Assembly (NCBI RefSeq): GCF_009914755.1
Contig: NC_060925.1
Length of the DNA: 64,000 nucleotides
Source of the DNA: the human T2T-CHM13v2.0 reference genome, Homo sapiens
Strand: one strand, 5' to 3'
Shown: positions 15,180 through 27,680 of the stretch, one piece after another
Layout: each line of letters opens with the position of its first letter
Position numbering within the stretch: position 1 is the stretch's first letter
The notes under the pieces: generated by a model
Told to the model about the DNA's origin: nothing
The model's input: the letters and a program-made list of their open reading frames with translations, nothing else
The model's database searches: none
Position numbers and translations under genes: made by a program

Positions 15180-16005
15180 ACTGACTTACTCGCTAATCTT
15201 TCTTCATCTCCTGTACGTGTTCTTCCTCTATTTGACTTCCAAAGCCCTGGAGTTTCCCAGGGCTTGAGCCTAGATCCTAAATGGTGTTATCTACAATGAG
15301 GGCATCTTGCAAGTTGATGCTTCCCACATTCTTATTTCTAGTTTTAATCAAAGATCTCCAAATTAGCAGGATTTTCAACTTCCTCCTTAGCATTTCCATT
15401 TTCTCACATAAAACCCCTCTTAATTTTGCCATGGTTAAAATTTCTCCCTTAACCGGTTTCATCCCAGTCTTCCCCATCCTTATAAATGGCATCCAGTCCC
15501 TTGTCACTCTCCTCTGCTCCTTCAGTCCTCTCCCCCAACACCTCGTCAATGCAAATCATCAGCAAATTCAAGACTTTTTATCTTCAAGTTTTGTCTCCGA
15601 TCCTTCTGCTTCTTGTCACTTCCACCACTAGCAGCCCACTCGTGGCCACCACCATCTCTCACCTAACCTGCTACAAGAGTCTACTGCTGGTTATGCTTCT
15701 CCCACCCTGCATCTACTCAAGCCTTTCCCCACAGCAGCCAGAGGAACTTTTCAAAAGTACAAATGTGATCAAGCAAGTCACTATTCTATTTCAAATCTTC
15801 AATTGCTTCTCAGAGCACTTAAAAGACAAACCTTTCCCAGTGCCTTTCTCCAGCTCATCTTGTGGCACTTGTCTCCCTGCTGCTATGCTCCAGCTATTCT
15901 GGCTTCCTTGCTGTCCTTCAAACATGCCAAGCTCTTTATCAATCAGAGCCCAACTGACTCAGAACACTTCACTATACCATTCCAGCCCTTCAATAAATGT
16001 CTGGC
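15180..16005 (+). mobile_element. L2 3' region
   Basis: ccaccatctctcacctaacctgctacaa...acagcagccagagg...aatgtgatca and terminal tcaataaatgt are L2 hallmarks. Confidence 0.75.
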
Positions 16006-16006
16006 A

Positions 16007-16311
16007 TTTTCTTTCTTTCTTTTTTTTTGAGATGGAGTCTCGCTCTGTCACCCAGGCTAGAGTGCGGTGGTGCGATCTCGGCTCACTGCAACCTCTACCT
16101 CCCAGGTTCAAGCAATTCTCTTGCCTCAAGCCTCCTGAGTAGCTGGGATTACAGGCATGCACCACCACGTCCGGCTAATTTTTGTATTTTTAGTAGAGAA
16201 AGGTTGTCTCCAAGTTGCTCAGGCTGGTCTCCAACTCCCGACCTCAAGTGATCTGCCCACCTTAGCCTCCCAAAGTGCTGGGATTACAGGTGTGAACCAC
16301 TGCGCTGGGCC
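16007..16311 (-). mobile_element. Alu (AluS-like), full length
   Basis: Poly-T followed by gagatggagtctcgctctgtcacccagg...ccactgcgctgggcc. Confidence 0.96.
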
Positions 16312-16769
16312 AATATTATTTTTTTAAGAAAATACTAATAAAAAGGAACAATTGATATTAAATAAAATTTAACTATTGACTATAAATATATGTTTCAAGA
16401 GATTTGAGTGAAAATACCATTCTACGTTAAAATAAAAAATATAACATTCGATAACTATAGTAATAACATGTTCTCAAAGATTCAAGGGGCTAAAGCTAAT
16501 GAGAAAAAGTTAAATATAAACATCTTACAATTTACCTAATTACTTGAAATAGAAACTTATGTTTATTCCTGTATTTCTCCATTTTTCCAATTTCTAATGT
16601 CTACTTCTTTCCATTTTGTATTTTCTTATATTGAGGCAATTTAAAGAGGATATGCCAGGTCTTCAGAAAGCCAAGAACTGAACATAAGCACTCTGGAACC
16701 TATCTGAACTTAATTTTGTCCAAGATTTTTTTAATGGTTGAAAATTGGCTCAACTGGGGATACTAAGAG

Positions 16770-17046
16770 GAAATATCAGGGGCAAAGGGGATTTGGGTTA
16801 AACAGATCGAACAGGATTCTTACTGAAGGCAGGCCAGACTGATCAGAAATCATCTGGAGGGTGGTGGGAGATAACAAATTTGATCAGATATCAAAGGTGA
16901 TCAGTACTGAGAGTGGGGGATTCTTTGCAAGTTTCTTCCTAAACCTGAGAGATGTGGGTCAGACTAGGATGAACACTGAAAGCTGAGGCTGAGAGGTGGC
17001 TTAGAGGATCCCAACTAGAGTTTGGGCAAGGGGAGAGGCTTTGTCA
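16770..17046 (-). mobile_element. ERV1 LTR fragment (MER31/MER67-like)
   Basis: The reverse complement begins TGACAAAGCCTCTCCCCTTGCCCAAACTCTAG, like the recalled MER31/MER67 5' ends. Confidence 0.6.
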
Positions 17047-18276
17047 ATGCAAACATGCATTCAGCAATATTACCAAGTACAGATGCATGCACATAAAAAT
17101 ACTGAAAGGAAATATAAGAAAATGTTTAAAAATTTTTAGTGGCTTATTTATTTTATGTAATTTAAATATATATATATATAAAATTAAGGTGTACTTTGAA
17201 CACATACTAACACATTCAAAGAATTAAGTATACATTTGATAATACATAATAGTTACAAAATAAGCAAGGTCTTCATGCAAACGAGTTTAGAATTTCCAGG
17301 GTTTATTACTTAGCATTTGATCAGCAGGCCTGTAACTTCTTCTGCTGCCCATTCATTGCCCATTTTATTAAAAATTCCTCAAGTGGATGCATTGGAATGG
17401 AAGAAACACTGACTCTTTCCTTCAAAGAAGGAAACAACAAACCTTGTTTGACAACCCTGGTCAAACAAGACAAGGACCAAGTGGCCAGTGGTAAGGAAAG
17501 TTGGTCAAAACTAATGAATGACATTTTAGATTAAAAGTGAATTTTATTTAACCCAATTATTCTTATCCTATGCACACAAATTTGAATTTAAGTTAGCTTG
17601 ATGTAGATGGTCACCCCATTCCAAAGCATGAGTCCAAATACCCTAAGGTTCCAGAAGGAGCCAGCTTTCTTCAGAAGGTGGCAAGCGCATTGCAAAGTAC
17701 TGAGGAAAACTTTCTTTAAAGTATCTTTTTTCATCATTCCATATTTTGCTCCTTATAATTGCAACTGCTCTCCTTATATGTCTCTTTTGAAACTTCTCAC
17801 TTGTCTAAGGTGCTATTGTTCCTCCTCATCTTTTTTTTTTTTTTTTTAATAGCATAGTCTCTCTCCCTCCTTGCCATGCTGAAAAGGCTTCTGACTTGCT
17901 GTTCTTGCCAGGAAATATTTCTGCAGGGCGTATTGGAGTGGAACTACTTACAGAGTGTCAGGGCAAGTCCTTACATTTGTTTATGCTTAGGACACAACAC
18001 AGAAGATAATTTTCTAAGTTAAAGATTGTATGATTTTATCTTGACTTCAGAAACTGGTCATACTTTTTTACTTTAGTTTCTAAGAACCTCAGAGCTGAAC
18101 TTGAAACAACTTTAATAATTCCAATGAGACATTTGTTATTTATCCTTTTTAAAAAAGACTTTTCTAATTTAAATAATTTTATTATTGCTCTAAATTTGCC
18201 AGGTTCATTTAAGAATTTTATAAACTGTTTTAAAACTAATTTACATTAAGTTGGAATAAAGTTAACCAAATTAATA

Positions 18277-18517
18277 CAAACATATTTTATTGCACTTCTC
18301 TTTATTGTGCTTCACAGATAGGAACATTTTTTCTTTATTTACAAATGAGATGTTTGTGACAACCCTGGTGAAGCAAGTCTATTGGTGCCATTTAACAAAC
18401 AGCCTGTGCTCACTTTGTGTCTTGGTTTCACACTTTGTTAATCTTCACAATTTTTAAAATATTTCCTTATTATTATATTCGTTACGGTGATCTGTGATCA
18501 GTGATCATTAATGTTAT
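18277..18517 (+). mobile_element. Tigger1 terminal fragment
   Basis: ttttattgcacttctctttattgtgcttcacagat...gcaagtctattggtgccattt...ggtgatctgtgatcagtgatc. Confidence 0.85.
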
Positions 18518-18606
18518 GGGAGGCAGAGTTTGCAGTGAGCAAAGATCATGCCAGTGCACTCCAACCTGGGCAACAGAGTGAGACTCCATCTCAAAAAAAA
18601 AAAAAA
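18518..18606 (+). mobile_element. Alu 3' fragment
   Basis: gggaggcagagtttgcagtgagc...gagactccatctc followed by an A tail. Confidence 0.9.
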
Positions 18607-21145
18607 GGAGTTTTTATATGTAGGGTACAAAATACTATCTGACCTTAGGGTGTGTGCAAATTTTTCTGAATTAATTAAGACTTAAATACCAACAGGAGTG
18701 ATTGTTTTTGTTACAATCACCAGGTGGGTGATCTGATACTTTCCCCTGAAAAATGCATATACAAAATTTTCACATAATTTAAAAACATCCACAGATGCAT
18801 AGCTATGGATTCAGTTTATGGATCAAGAATTCAACTCCTCAGAAGTAAAAGATTACATGAGAAAGTATCTGATATTGAGGTGACAAGGAATAATGTTGAA
18901 ATGTATCTCATTAAAAAGTGCAGACAGTTGTGGCTAAGACATTGGGTATTACAGAGGTGCATCCATGTGTCCAGTGAGAAGACTTTAAGAATCTGTTTGG
19001 GAATAATGAGAACATGAGCATTCTCCTCCCTACCTCTAGCACTCCCCTCCTGCTATTTGGGTATTGTGAATTTACCAAACACAGTGATTTAGGTCACTTT
19101 TATTATTTCAGAAATTCCAGATACCTTACTACTTATATAAAATAGCCCTTGAAAGGATGCTTACCATTAAATAATGTATAATACAAAGAAAAGACAAATG
19201 TATGTGATCTGTAGTGCACAGTTATAATACAATCTGAATACTACATTTAAATTTTTCACTCCACTTTCCAAGAAATAAAGCATTGATTCTAAATATATTA
19301 TCTATTTGTCAAAACAAATAGAAACTATCTAGTGTTTCATTTATAAAAGAAATTAATTAATGGTGTCTCTAAGTTAATTTTTTACTTCTTTTCCCCATAT
19401 CATTTTTATATTATATGAGAGCATATTTTTCTACTCTACCCTAGAATTAATAAACGAAAAATAAGGTATGATAAGAAAACTTCAAATATAAACATAACCA
19501 AACTAAAATAACACCTTTTTTCTTCTATTTACTTTATTTCTTGAACTCAGTGATGTAATATGTCTTCATCTGCCTCTGAGAATACACTTAAAACTACAGA
19601 AGTAAATTAACATTTTCCCAATTCACATGTAGTGCAATATTTAAGATTTCATCTAATTGAACACGTGTTGGATCAAATTTATAATACTAAAAGCACTCTT
19701 CTACATACTGCAATGTCTAGATGGAAGACAAGCTAGTCAGGTGGCAGAGTGAACATCATTCTGGTAGGCCTTTTCAAGCTGTCACTTGCAAGATGTTTGG
19801 ACTGCTGAGAATGTTAGCCATAATTAATTGCAGAGATAGGAGGCTGCAAATGGGTGAGGTAATGTTCAAATGCATGGAATGATGACTAGTCATAGTAAAA
19901 GATAATAGATGTGGCCACATTGCTTTGAGAAAATTTAGAGAATATTTTGGGTCACAATGATACATTTCTGCATTATTTGTGGAATGTTTTCAATGTAATT
20001 ACATCACACAGGTAGACTTCCAGATCCTGTGTCTAACTTACTTTCCTTGGCTCTGTGGGAGAACACATATTCTAATGAAGTTCATTTTAAGGCAAATATT
20101 TCTTGAAAATACAAAACTGATAGATATATGTATGCAGGTTTCCTTCTTATACGTCTTTTATAAACAATGAAGTTGTATTTCTCCTTTAGTGTTTAATGTG
20201 TTTCATCAGATAATGCCCTAGAAGTTTTATCAAATTTTTCTGTCTACCATTTGAAGATGTATGAGAGGGAAAAAATGCAGTCTGCCTGCTTCACTAACAA
20301 AAGTAGGACAAAGGCCATCACAACTGAAATATGTGAAACACTTGGTTTTATGAATTTCAAGCATTTTATATCTCTACATTTGGACTCGAGTAAAGACATT
20401 TCATAGAAAAACTGAAATATTTTTATTTGTTTATTTTTTAATCTTGATAACCTGCAATAGTTTACAGCCAGAATGGCAGCTTTTATGTATGTACACTCAT
20501 TTAAATACAGTTTCATACCGTAAATAGCCATGGGGCAAAATATCTGCCTCTAGGCACAAAAAAAAAAAAATCTTTGCCGCTAAATAAACACCTTTAAGTG
20601 ATACTGCAAAGAATAGATATGAGGTAATTTTTTACCTAAATGACTCTGGCCTGTATTAAGACATATTCACTGTAACAATTCAAGTTTTAAAATCCTTGTT
20701 TTGTAACTCAAAAATATATCTTTTTTACAAAACACATCTTTACATTTATTGCTATTGTACATTTATTTGGCAGGAAACAGGGATGTTTGATGTCTTGCAA
20801 TGATAAAGCGATCGTATTCAATAGAAAATTGTCTCACATTCTGCAAGACTTTTGAACATTCTATAAGACAATTACATAAGTGAAAAACAAATTTGTAGAT
20901 ATTTGAGTACAACCATTTAATATATGAATAAAAGCAGTTCAGAACATTTTAATGTACACTGCATTTTCTGATAGTAAGATTTTAGGTTAAAATAAGATTA
21001 TACTTCAAAAAGTGTACCATTTTGAAAAAAAAATCATATCACTGCTGGCAATGCCATTTTCATACTAGTCCAACATATTGCTTATCCATCTGTGTTTGTT
21101 TGATTTTACTGTTATTACTTTATGATAATGCTAAAGTACATACAT

Positions 21146-21163
21146 ACACACACACACACACAC
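21146..21163 (+). repeat. (AC)n microsatellite
   Basis: acacacacacacacacac. Confidence 0.9.
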
Positions 21164-21214
21164 CTAAGGTGTGCAGGCTTTCATCCAAGCTTACTGGTAT
21201 TAATTAAAAATCAA

Positions 21215-21572
21215 CCAGAGGTAGGGAAAAATAAAACTTATTCAAAAATACTATTGCAATAGGGAGAATATTCCAAACTCAATCTACAGGTGTCTCAGGA
21301 TCAAACAGGAAAAGGCTTTCCTTTTCTAGGGAAGGACAAGCAGGGCTGGCAGAAGCCTCCTTGGAGAGAAGAACAGGCAGTGGGGTGAGCAGGTGGCAAA
21401 ACCAGGATGCTCCAATAAAAATAGTTTCTCTGGGAGTCCCGCTCATTTTTGGAGTGAGCTGTTAGCGGGCTGGTCTGTCCTTTAGTGCTTGTTCAGTCTT
21501 AGGTGGTGAGCCAAGGTCCAGGGGCCTGAGGAGAGGAGACAAGACTGTCTGAAGTTTGATAAAATCAAGTCA
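21215..21572 (-). mobile_element. Old ERV LTR fragment (MER67-like)
   Basis: acttattcaaaaatactattgcaataggg...aggcttt...ccaaggtccaggggcctgaggagagg...aagtttga...gtca layout. Confidence 0.45.
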
Positions 21573-21870
21573 ATGGGTAGTTATGAGTAATTGTGAGCAA
21601 TTGGTCAGCTTTGGGCTCAGCACACACCCCACCTTATGTTGTTTACCACAAACAAAACTTGTCCCTAAAAATTTTTAGGAATGGCATCAGATATAGCGAA
21701 GGTTTGCAAACTGATTTTCAGGGTTGGGCTGGTCTTCATGTGTTTGTTAACCTTGAGGACTAGGTATATCATTTGTTAAGTGTGTTATTGGACTGACAGC
21801 TGCTCTCTATGAAAAGTAGAATAATCATTGAATATAATAAAAAGAATAATTATTGAAGGTTGGATAAAGA

Positions 21871-22830
21871 GGTCCGCGGAGCGATGGGCGAGTACGCGGG
21901 TGCCACACGCTCCTCGCCTTCTGCTGCCTGCAACTGGTGGCAGCGCTGGAGCAGCAGATCTTTGACTTCCAGGGCCGCCTACCAGTGAGCTCCCACCCTA
22001 GCCAATTTCCTGCGCCTCGTGGCGCTCACCCTGGGCATCGTGGGCACCGCAGTGTGGCTGACGCTCCGGGCTGGCCTGAGTGCGTTTATCACCTGCTTCT
22101 ACCCGAAGGCTGGACCCAATATCCCCAGACCGCGACTTCCCCACAGCGTCCAAATGCCCCTGTACCGATCCAGGGATGGAGAATCGCCGGGCAGCGGGCG
22201 ACTCCGGTTCTGAGCTTCCCCTGGCCATGGGGGGCTGCCGTGCAGTCTTGTCCCTGGCTGCCTGCTGCACTGTCCCTGCAAAGAAGCCCTCAGCAGCGCC
22301 CGCAGATCCTCCTGGCGCTGCTCCGCTTCCTGTTCGCCAGCTATGGGAGCAAAGTCTTCCTGAAGGAGGAGGCAGCTTTGACTTCATCAGCGGCTTCCAC
22401 TCCTAGGGATGCCAGGCGCCCCAGAAGACGTCACGTTGACACCAGCAGCCTCTATGCGCTTCGGGTAGCCCTGCCCCGCCTGCCCTGGCCCTGTGCCCTT
22501 GGCGCTGGACTGACCTCGGCAGCCGCGATCTTGGTCAGGACCAGCAGGCACAGCCCTGGGGGCTCGGGACCCACTGCAGCCTGTGAAGGCCCCATGGCTC
22601 TGCACACAGAGAGGCGGAGCAGCAGACTTTGGGACTTGGCCCCTCACAACCAGGACTTCAGAGAGGATTGGGGCGGGTAAGGGAGGGGCCACGGAGTCCG
22701 CATTTTAAAAAAATTCAGACTTAGTGTGAGCTGGAGCTTTTCTCCCTTCTCCAGCCTCTTCCTTTCACCCTTCACCCAGCATCCCGCCCCTGTCCAGAGA
22801 GAAACAGCAGGAGGGCTTGCCCTTTCTATC
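21871..22830 (+). pseudogene. NKAIN1: NKAIN1 processed pseudogene (CDS remnant 21884-22468 plus part of the 3' UTR); NKAIN1P1/P2 type
   Basis: Intronless. Translates in pieces to LAFCCLQLVAALEQQIFDF, LTLGIVGT, AFITCFY, QILLALLRFLFASYGSKVFLKEE, SFDFISGFHS*GCQAPQKTS...SG*, matching NKAIN1. It has frameshifts (first after codon 4), a ~11-codon deletion and internal stops. No poly(A) tail or TSD was identified. Confidence 0.92.
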
Positions 22831-23039
22831 TCACCGCACTCACTCCCCAGCCTGAGGAAAGCCGGGGGAACTAGGGGCAGGAGTTCTGGTTTCTCATCTC
22901 AGGTCCATCAGACTCTGGGTGACAGCTAGCAGAGCCCTAGCCCTCTCGGTGCCTCAGTTTCCCCACCTTGCCATTAAGAGTCCCTTGGTAGGTGAGCTCT
23001 TCTAGCCTTCTCATATAACTCTGAATTCTGTGGGCTGGG

Positions 23040-23175
23040 GTGGGATTATAAATCCCATTTTGCAGATGTAGAAACTGAGGCCAAGAGAAATGAAATGGTT
23101 TGAGGCCACACTGCTAGATTTTGGTGGAAGCAGGCCTTGAACGCAGCGGACTTTCTGTAGTTTCAGCCTCTAAAA
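23040..23175 (-). mobile_element. MIR
   Basis: cccattttgcagatgtagaaactgaggc core. Confidence 0.8.
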
Positions 23176-23267
23176 CCCAGTGTCCTCTCTGAGTTCCATT
23201 TTCAGGCCCCTCACTACATTCACACATCACTGCTTGCCAAGACCTCTCCTCAACCACCATCTTATCA

Positions 23268-23476
23268 AAGGTGACAAGAGTCACCTTTGCTCCAGTTCCC
23301 AGCAAGTTCCTCATCTCCATCAGAGACTGCCTCAGCATGGATTTCATTGTCCATATCATTATCAGCATTTTGGTCAAAGCCATTCAACAAGTCTCTTGGA
23401 ATTTCAAACTTTCCCACATTTTCCTGTCTTCTGAGACCTGCAAATTGTTCAACCTCTGCCAGTTACCCAGCTCCAA
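23268..23476 (-). mobile_element. THE1/MST (MaLR) internal fragment
   Basis: caagagtcacctttgctccagttccc...atcagcattttggtcaaagccattcaacaagtctc...gttacccagctccaaag is MaLR-int in antisense. Confidence 0.85.
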
Positions 23477-23658
<182 letters not shown>

Positions 23659-25149
23659 TGATGGACCTGGGAGATCTTTAGGAATGAGGGAAATGATCCT
23701 TTCTTTGAATAAGGCAGAATACTAAAGACTAGCCAGCCCTCAGGCTCATGGTGGTTGCTGCTATTCTGTTGAATGTGAACCATAGCCTTTAGAAAGGAGC
23801 AAGTCTTTGTGGAATACACAGGATTTGAAGTGCAACAAAGGGGTGGAAACCCAGCTGACCATGATACCTTCAAGTGAGTTTTTCCACTGAATTTGATTAT
23901 TTTCCCATTTGGCACTTCTTTCTGGGTTTTTTAAGCAGCCCAAAAACTCTAGGTGATTTTACTTTTGTAATTGTATTCTCTTGGGAATGCTCATTCCTGA
24001 TTCCTCGTTTCACCAAATAGGTGTGGAACCTACTTGTTTCTGCCTATAATAATTCTGGAGTCTTTAAACAAAACGACTGTGACTTTTCATGATGAGTAGA
24101 AGATAGATTTTACTCATGCTACAATCAATATTAATTCCTTGCAGTTCAAAGACACTGAGGCCTTGTCTAATAATATAGAAGTTGAACTTGGACTTGGGAG
24201 ATGACTCCTGCCTCTCGTCCTCTCTGTGGCTCTGCTTTCTATTATTTTACTCATAAGCTTGTTTTGTCTCCTTGCTGAGAATTGTCAAACATGAAATGTA
24301 ATTTCAGGCTATAGTGAAGAAAGATGACGTAGGCAGAAGAAATTGGCAATCATTTGGCCTGTACATGTTGCTTTTTGTTTTTTTTTCTGGACTTAGGATA
24401 TAGACCACACCTTGACATTTCTGGCCTTTGAGTCTTTCACAACTGTGATTATAATACATTAGCTCTTCTAGAAGTTAGAAGTGACTTTGGATTAAGTCTT
24501 TCATAAGGTGGCTAAATGAATTTATATGGCTCATCACAATTCACTAGATTGGTTAAGCAGGAAGTTTACAGAGATTTTTTTCTTTGCTGTAAATGTTTTT
24601 CTAAATTGAAAAACTTCTATTACTGTCTTCTGGAGTACTAGAAATAAGTGCAAGTGATTGTTTTTGGCAGGAGGCCACATAAACATTTCTGCTTCTCTGT
24701 GCCTTATGGGTAGCATTGATATAAATTGTTAAAAATAATGATTGTAGATAGATAATGTATCAGAATTTGGGCTCACCTGCGGTAGCTGCTGTTGACCCAG
24801 AGGGACCACTGGGATCCTCACATCTCAGGGCAGCACATCGTTTGCAGCAATGGTTGGTTCTACGCAACCTTTTATGAAATTAGGTGAGGCCCTTGCTTAG
24901 AATTTTTTAAAAGATTAATATGAGTTTATATCTCTTTAAATATCAGTTTCTAATATTTTTTTAAAGGCCTATGTTTACAACAAATTTAGGAGATACCTTT
25001 ATGCACTACTAACTAGTGTTCTTTTGTGGTGCTTTAGAAATTCTGGCTTACTTGTATTTTTGCTGGCCTTCTAATGATTTCACTCATCAATCAGAAGATA
25101 TTTGTGTCCACCTCCCTGCTTCCTCTCCGGTGATCTTGTCTATTCTTGG

Positions 25150-26470
25150 CCATTTTAGAGTTGACTTAGCAGCCTTCACAAAACTGATTGGAATTTCCAC
25201 TGGGATTAAATTGATAGGTCATTTTTGGGAGACCTTTGCAATATTGAACTTTCCAATCCATGAACTTTACTTATCTGCCCATTTATTATGTTTGTTTTTG
25301 GTAGATTACAAAATTATATGATCACTCCAAAAATTACCTTGCCCTTTATAGTAAAACCTTCCATTGTAAACTTCTGGCAATAACTGATCTGTGTTCCTCT
25401 GGCATTGCTTTTTTTTCAGAATTTTATACAAATGGAATCGTTCAGGATGTAGCCTTTTGAGTCTGGCTACTTTCATATACTGTATCAACAGTTATTCCTT
25501 TTAATTGCCAAATAGTAATCCATTGTATAAATACTACATGGTTTGCTTATTGGTTTGTCATTGGAGGAATATGGACTATTTTCACTTTTTGATAAATTAT
25601 AAGTGGATTGGAATTCACAAAGTGCTTTTTGTCTGAGCATAGGTTTTCATTTCACTTGTGCAAATGCCTAAGGGTAGGATTGCCGAGTCACATGGTCCAT
25701 GTACGTTTGACTTTATCAGAACCTGCCAAATTGTCTTCCAAAGTGCTGTGCCACTTCTGTTTCTTTAATAAATACAGGGGTATTCAAGCTGTCTGTTTCT
25801 TCTTGAGTTTCGGTAGTCTGTCTTTCAAGGAATTGATCTATTTCACCTAATTTGTAGAATTTAGAAGCATATAGTTGTTTGTTTTGTTTTTGTAGTGTCC
25901 ATTCTAGCCTTCTAGTGTCTACAGGATTTGTAATAATATTCCTTTCATTTCTGGTATTGGCAATTTGTGTTTTCTCTTCTTCCTTTGTCAGTCTGCTAGA
26001 GGCTTCCTCATTTGATTGACTTCCACCTCCCACCGCCCTTGCAAAGAACCAACTTTGGATTTCGTTGAATTTTTTTCCTTTACTGTTTTTGTTTAAATAT
26101 TACTGATTTAGTCTGTTTTTCTTATGCCTGATTTGAGTTTATTTGGTTCTTTTTTTACTTAAAGTAAATGCTTACATTATTGATTTGATGCTTCATTTCT
26201 CATAATTTAGTGCCATAAATTGCCCTGTAAGCACATATTTTGATAAGATGATGTCATATTTATTAAGTTCAAACTGTTTTCCAATTTGTCTTAAGATACT
26301 CTCTTTGACCTATGGGCCATTTAGAAGTATGCCATTTAACTTCTCATATTTGGGGATGTTCTAGAAATGTTCTAGATTCCTAGTTTAATTCTGTCATCAG
26401 AGAAAATAATTCACTGAATTTTAATTGTTTAACTTTAGGGTTTGTTTTATGACCCAGAATATGATCTCTC
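25150..26470 (-). mobile_element. Old L1M fragments
   Basis: T-rich; atattgaactttccaatccatgaac, aaagaaccaactttggattt and gccataaattgccctgtaagcac are antisense L1 motifs. Confidence 0.75.
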
Positions 26471-26655
26471 ACCACCACCATCCAGATAATTCTTCAGGTT
26501 TTGACGTTTCCCAACCTGTCTGCTGGTTACTTTTCAGAGTACTTGGGTCATTGCTATTTATATTTTGTCCAGAGTTTCAAATTGTGATCAGTGGAAATGA
26601 CAGGCCGTAGCATGCATACGCCATCCTGGCCAGCATCACAGGCGGTCAGCATATC

Positions 26656-26950
26656 TTTCTGTTGTTGTTTTGAGACAGGGTCTCACTCTGTTGCCCAGGC
26701 TGGAGCACAGTGGCATGATCAGGGATCACTGCATTCTCAACCTGCTAGGCTCAAGTGATCCTCCCACCTCAGCCTCCCGAATAGCTGGGTCTATAGGTGT
26801 GCTGCCATGCCCAGCTAATTTTTGTATTTTTTATAAAGACGTGATTTTGCCTTGTTGCCCAGGCTGGTCTCAAACTCCTGAGCTCAGGCCATCCTCTCAC
26901 TCGGGCCTCCCAAAATACTAGGATTATAGGCATGACCACCACACCTGGCC
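26656..26950 (-). mobile_element. Alu (AluJ-like)
   Basis: gagacagggtctcactctg...ggctcaagtgatcctccc...cacacctggcc. Confidence 0.94.
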
Positions 26951-27315
26951 AGTACATCTTAAAAATAATTGCTGATCCACGTTGAATAATGATGGCCTGT
27001 AAATATTTTCTCTTGCACTTGCCTTGTTGGGTTTTGATATCAAGGTTATTTTTATTTTAACCTTGTAAAATGAACTCGGGAGTCTTCTTTTTTTATTCTC
27101 TGTGTTGGTGGCAGAGTTTTTTTTGTTGTTGTTGTTTGGTTGGTTGGTTTGTTTCTCTTGTATGTTTCATGGAACTTTTTGGTGAAGGCACTTGGGCCTG
27201 GAAATTTCTTTATGGGAAGTTTTTTCATTACTGATTCAATATATTTAATCTATGTAAGTTTTTTTTCTACTTTTTGAGTCAATTTTGATTTTTTTTCCTA
27301 GAAATTCATATCTCA

Positions 27316-27555
27316 CCAAGTATGGTGGCTTATGCTTGTAATCCCAGCACTTTGGGAGGCTCAGGTGGGAGGACCACTTGACTACAGTAGTTCAAGACCA
27401 GCCTGGGCAATATAGTGAGACTCCATCTCTACAAAAAAAATAAAAATTAGCTTGGTGTGGTGGTGGGTGCCTGTAGTGTGAGCTACTTGGGATGCTGAGG
27501 TGGGAGGATCATTTGAGCCTGGAAGGTCGAGACTGCAGTGAGCTGTGATTGTGCC
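27316..27555 (+). mobile_element. Alu (AluJ-like), 3' truncated
   Basis: ccaagtatggtggcttatgc...gcagtgagctgtgattgtgcc, then stops abruptly. Confidence 0.92.
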
Positions 27556-27680
27556 TTCTTCCTTCCCCCTCCTCCTCCTTTTTACTTTTCTTCCTCTTCC
27601 TTTCTCTTCTTCTTTCTCTCCTTCATTATCCCTTTCGCTGTTTCTCTTTCTCCCTTTCTCTTTTTTCTTTTCTTTCAATT
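27556..27680 (+). repeat. CT-rich low-complexity tract
   Basis: ttcttccttcccccctcctcctcctttttacttttcttcctcttcc... Confidence 0.85.

Noticed and set aside
15486-16142. 218-aa ORF
   Set aside because: It is a chance open frame across L2 and antisense Alu sequence.
21998-22387. In-frame fusion of the antisense NKAIN1P ORF to KMT2C exon 15
   Set aside because: The best donor (after 22030) is phase 1 whereas exon 15 is phase 0, and the other donor lies beyond the ORF stop.
21937-22680. 247-aa + strand ORF as a functional NKAIN-like gene
   Set aside because: It starts at GTG and follows the NKAIN1 frame only in two short patches because of frameshifts; the true ATG frame shifts after four codons.
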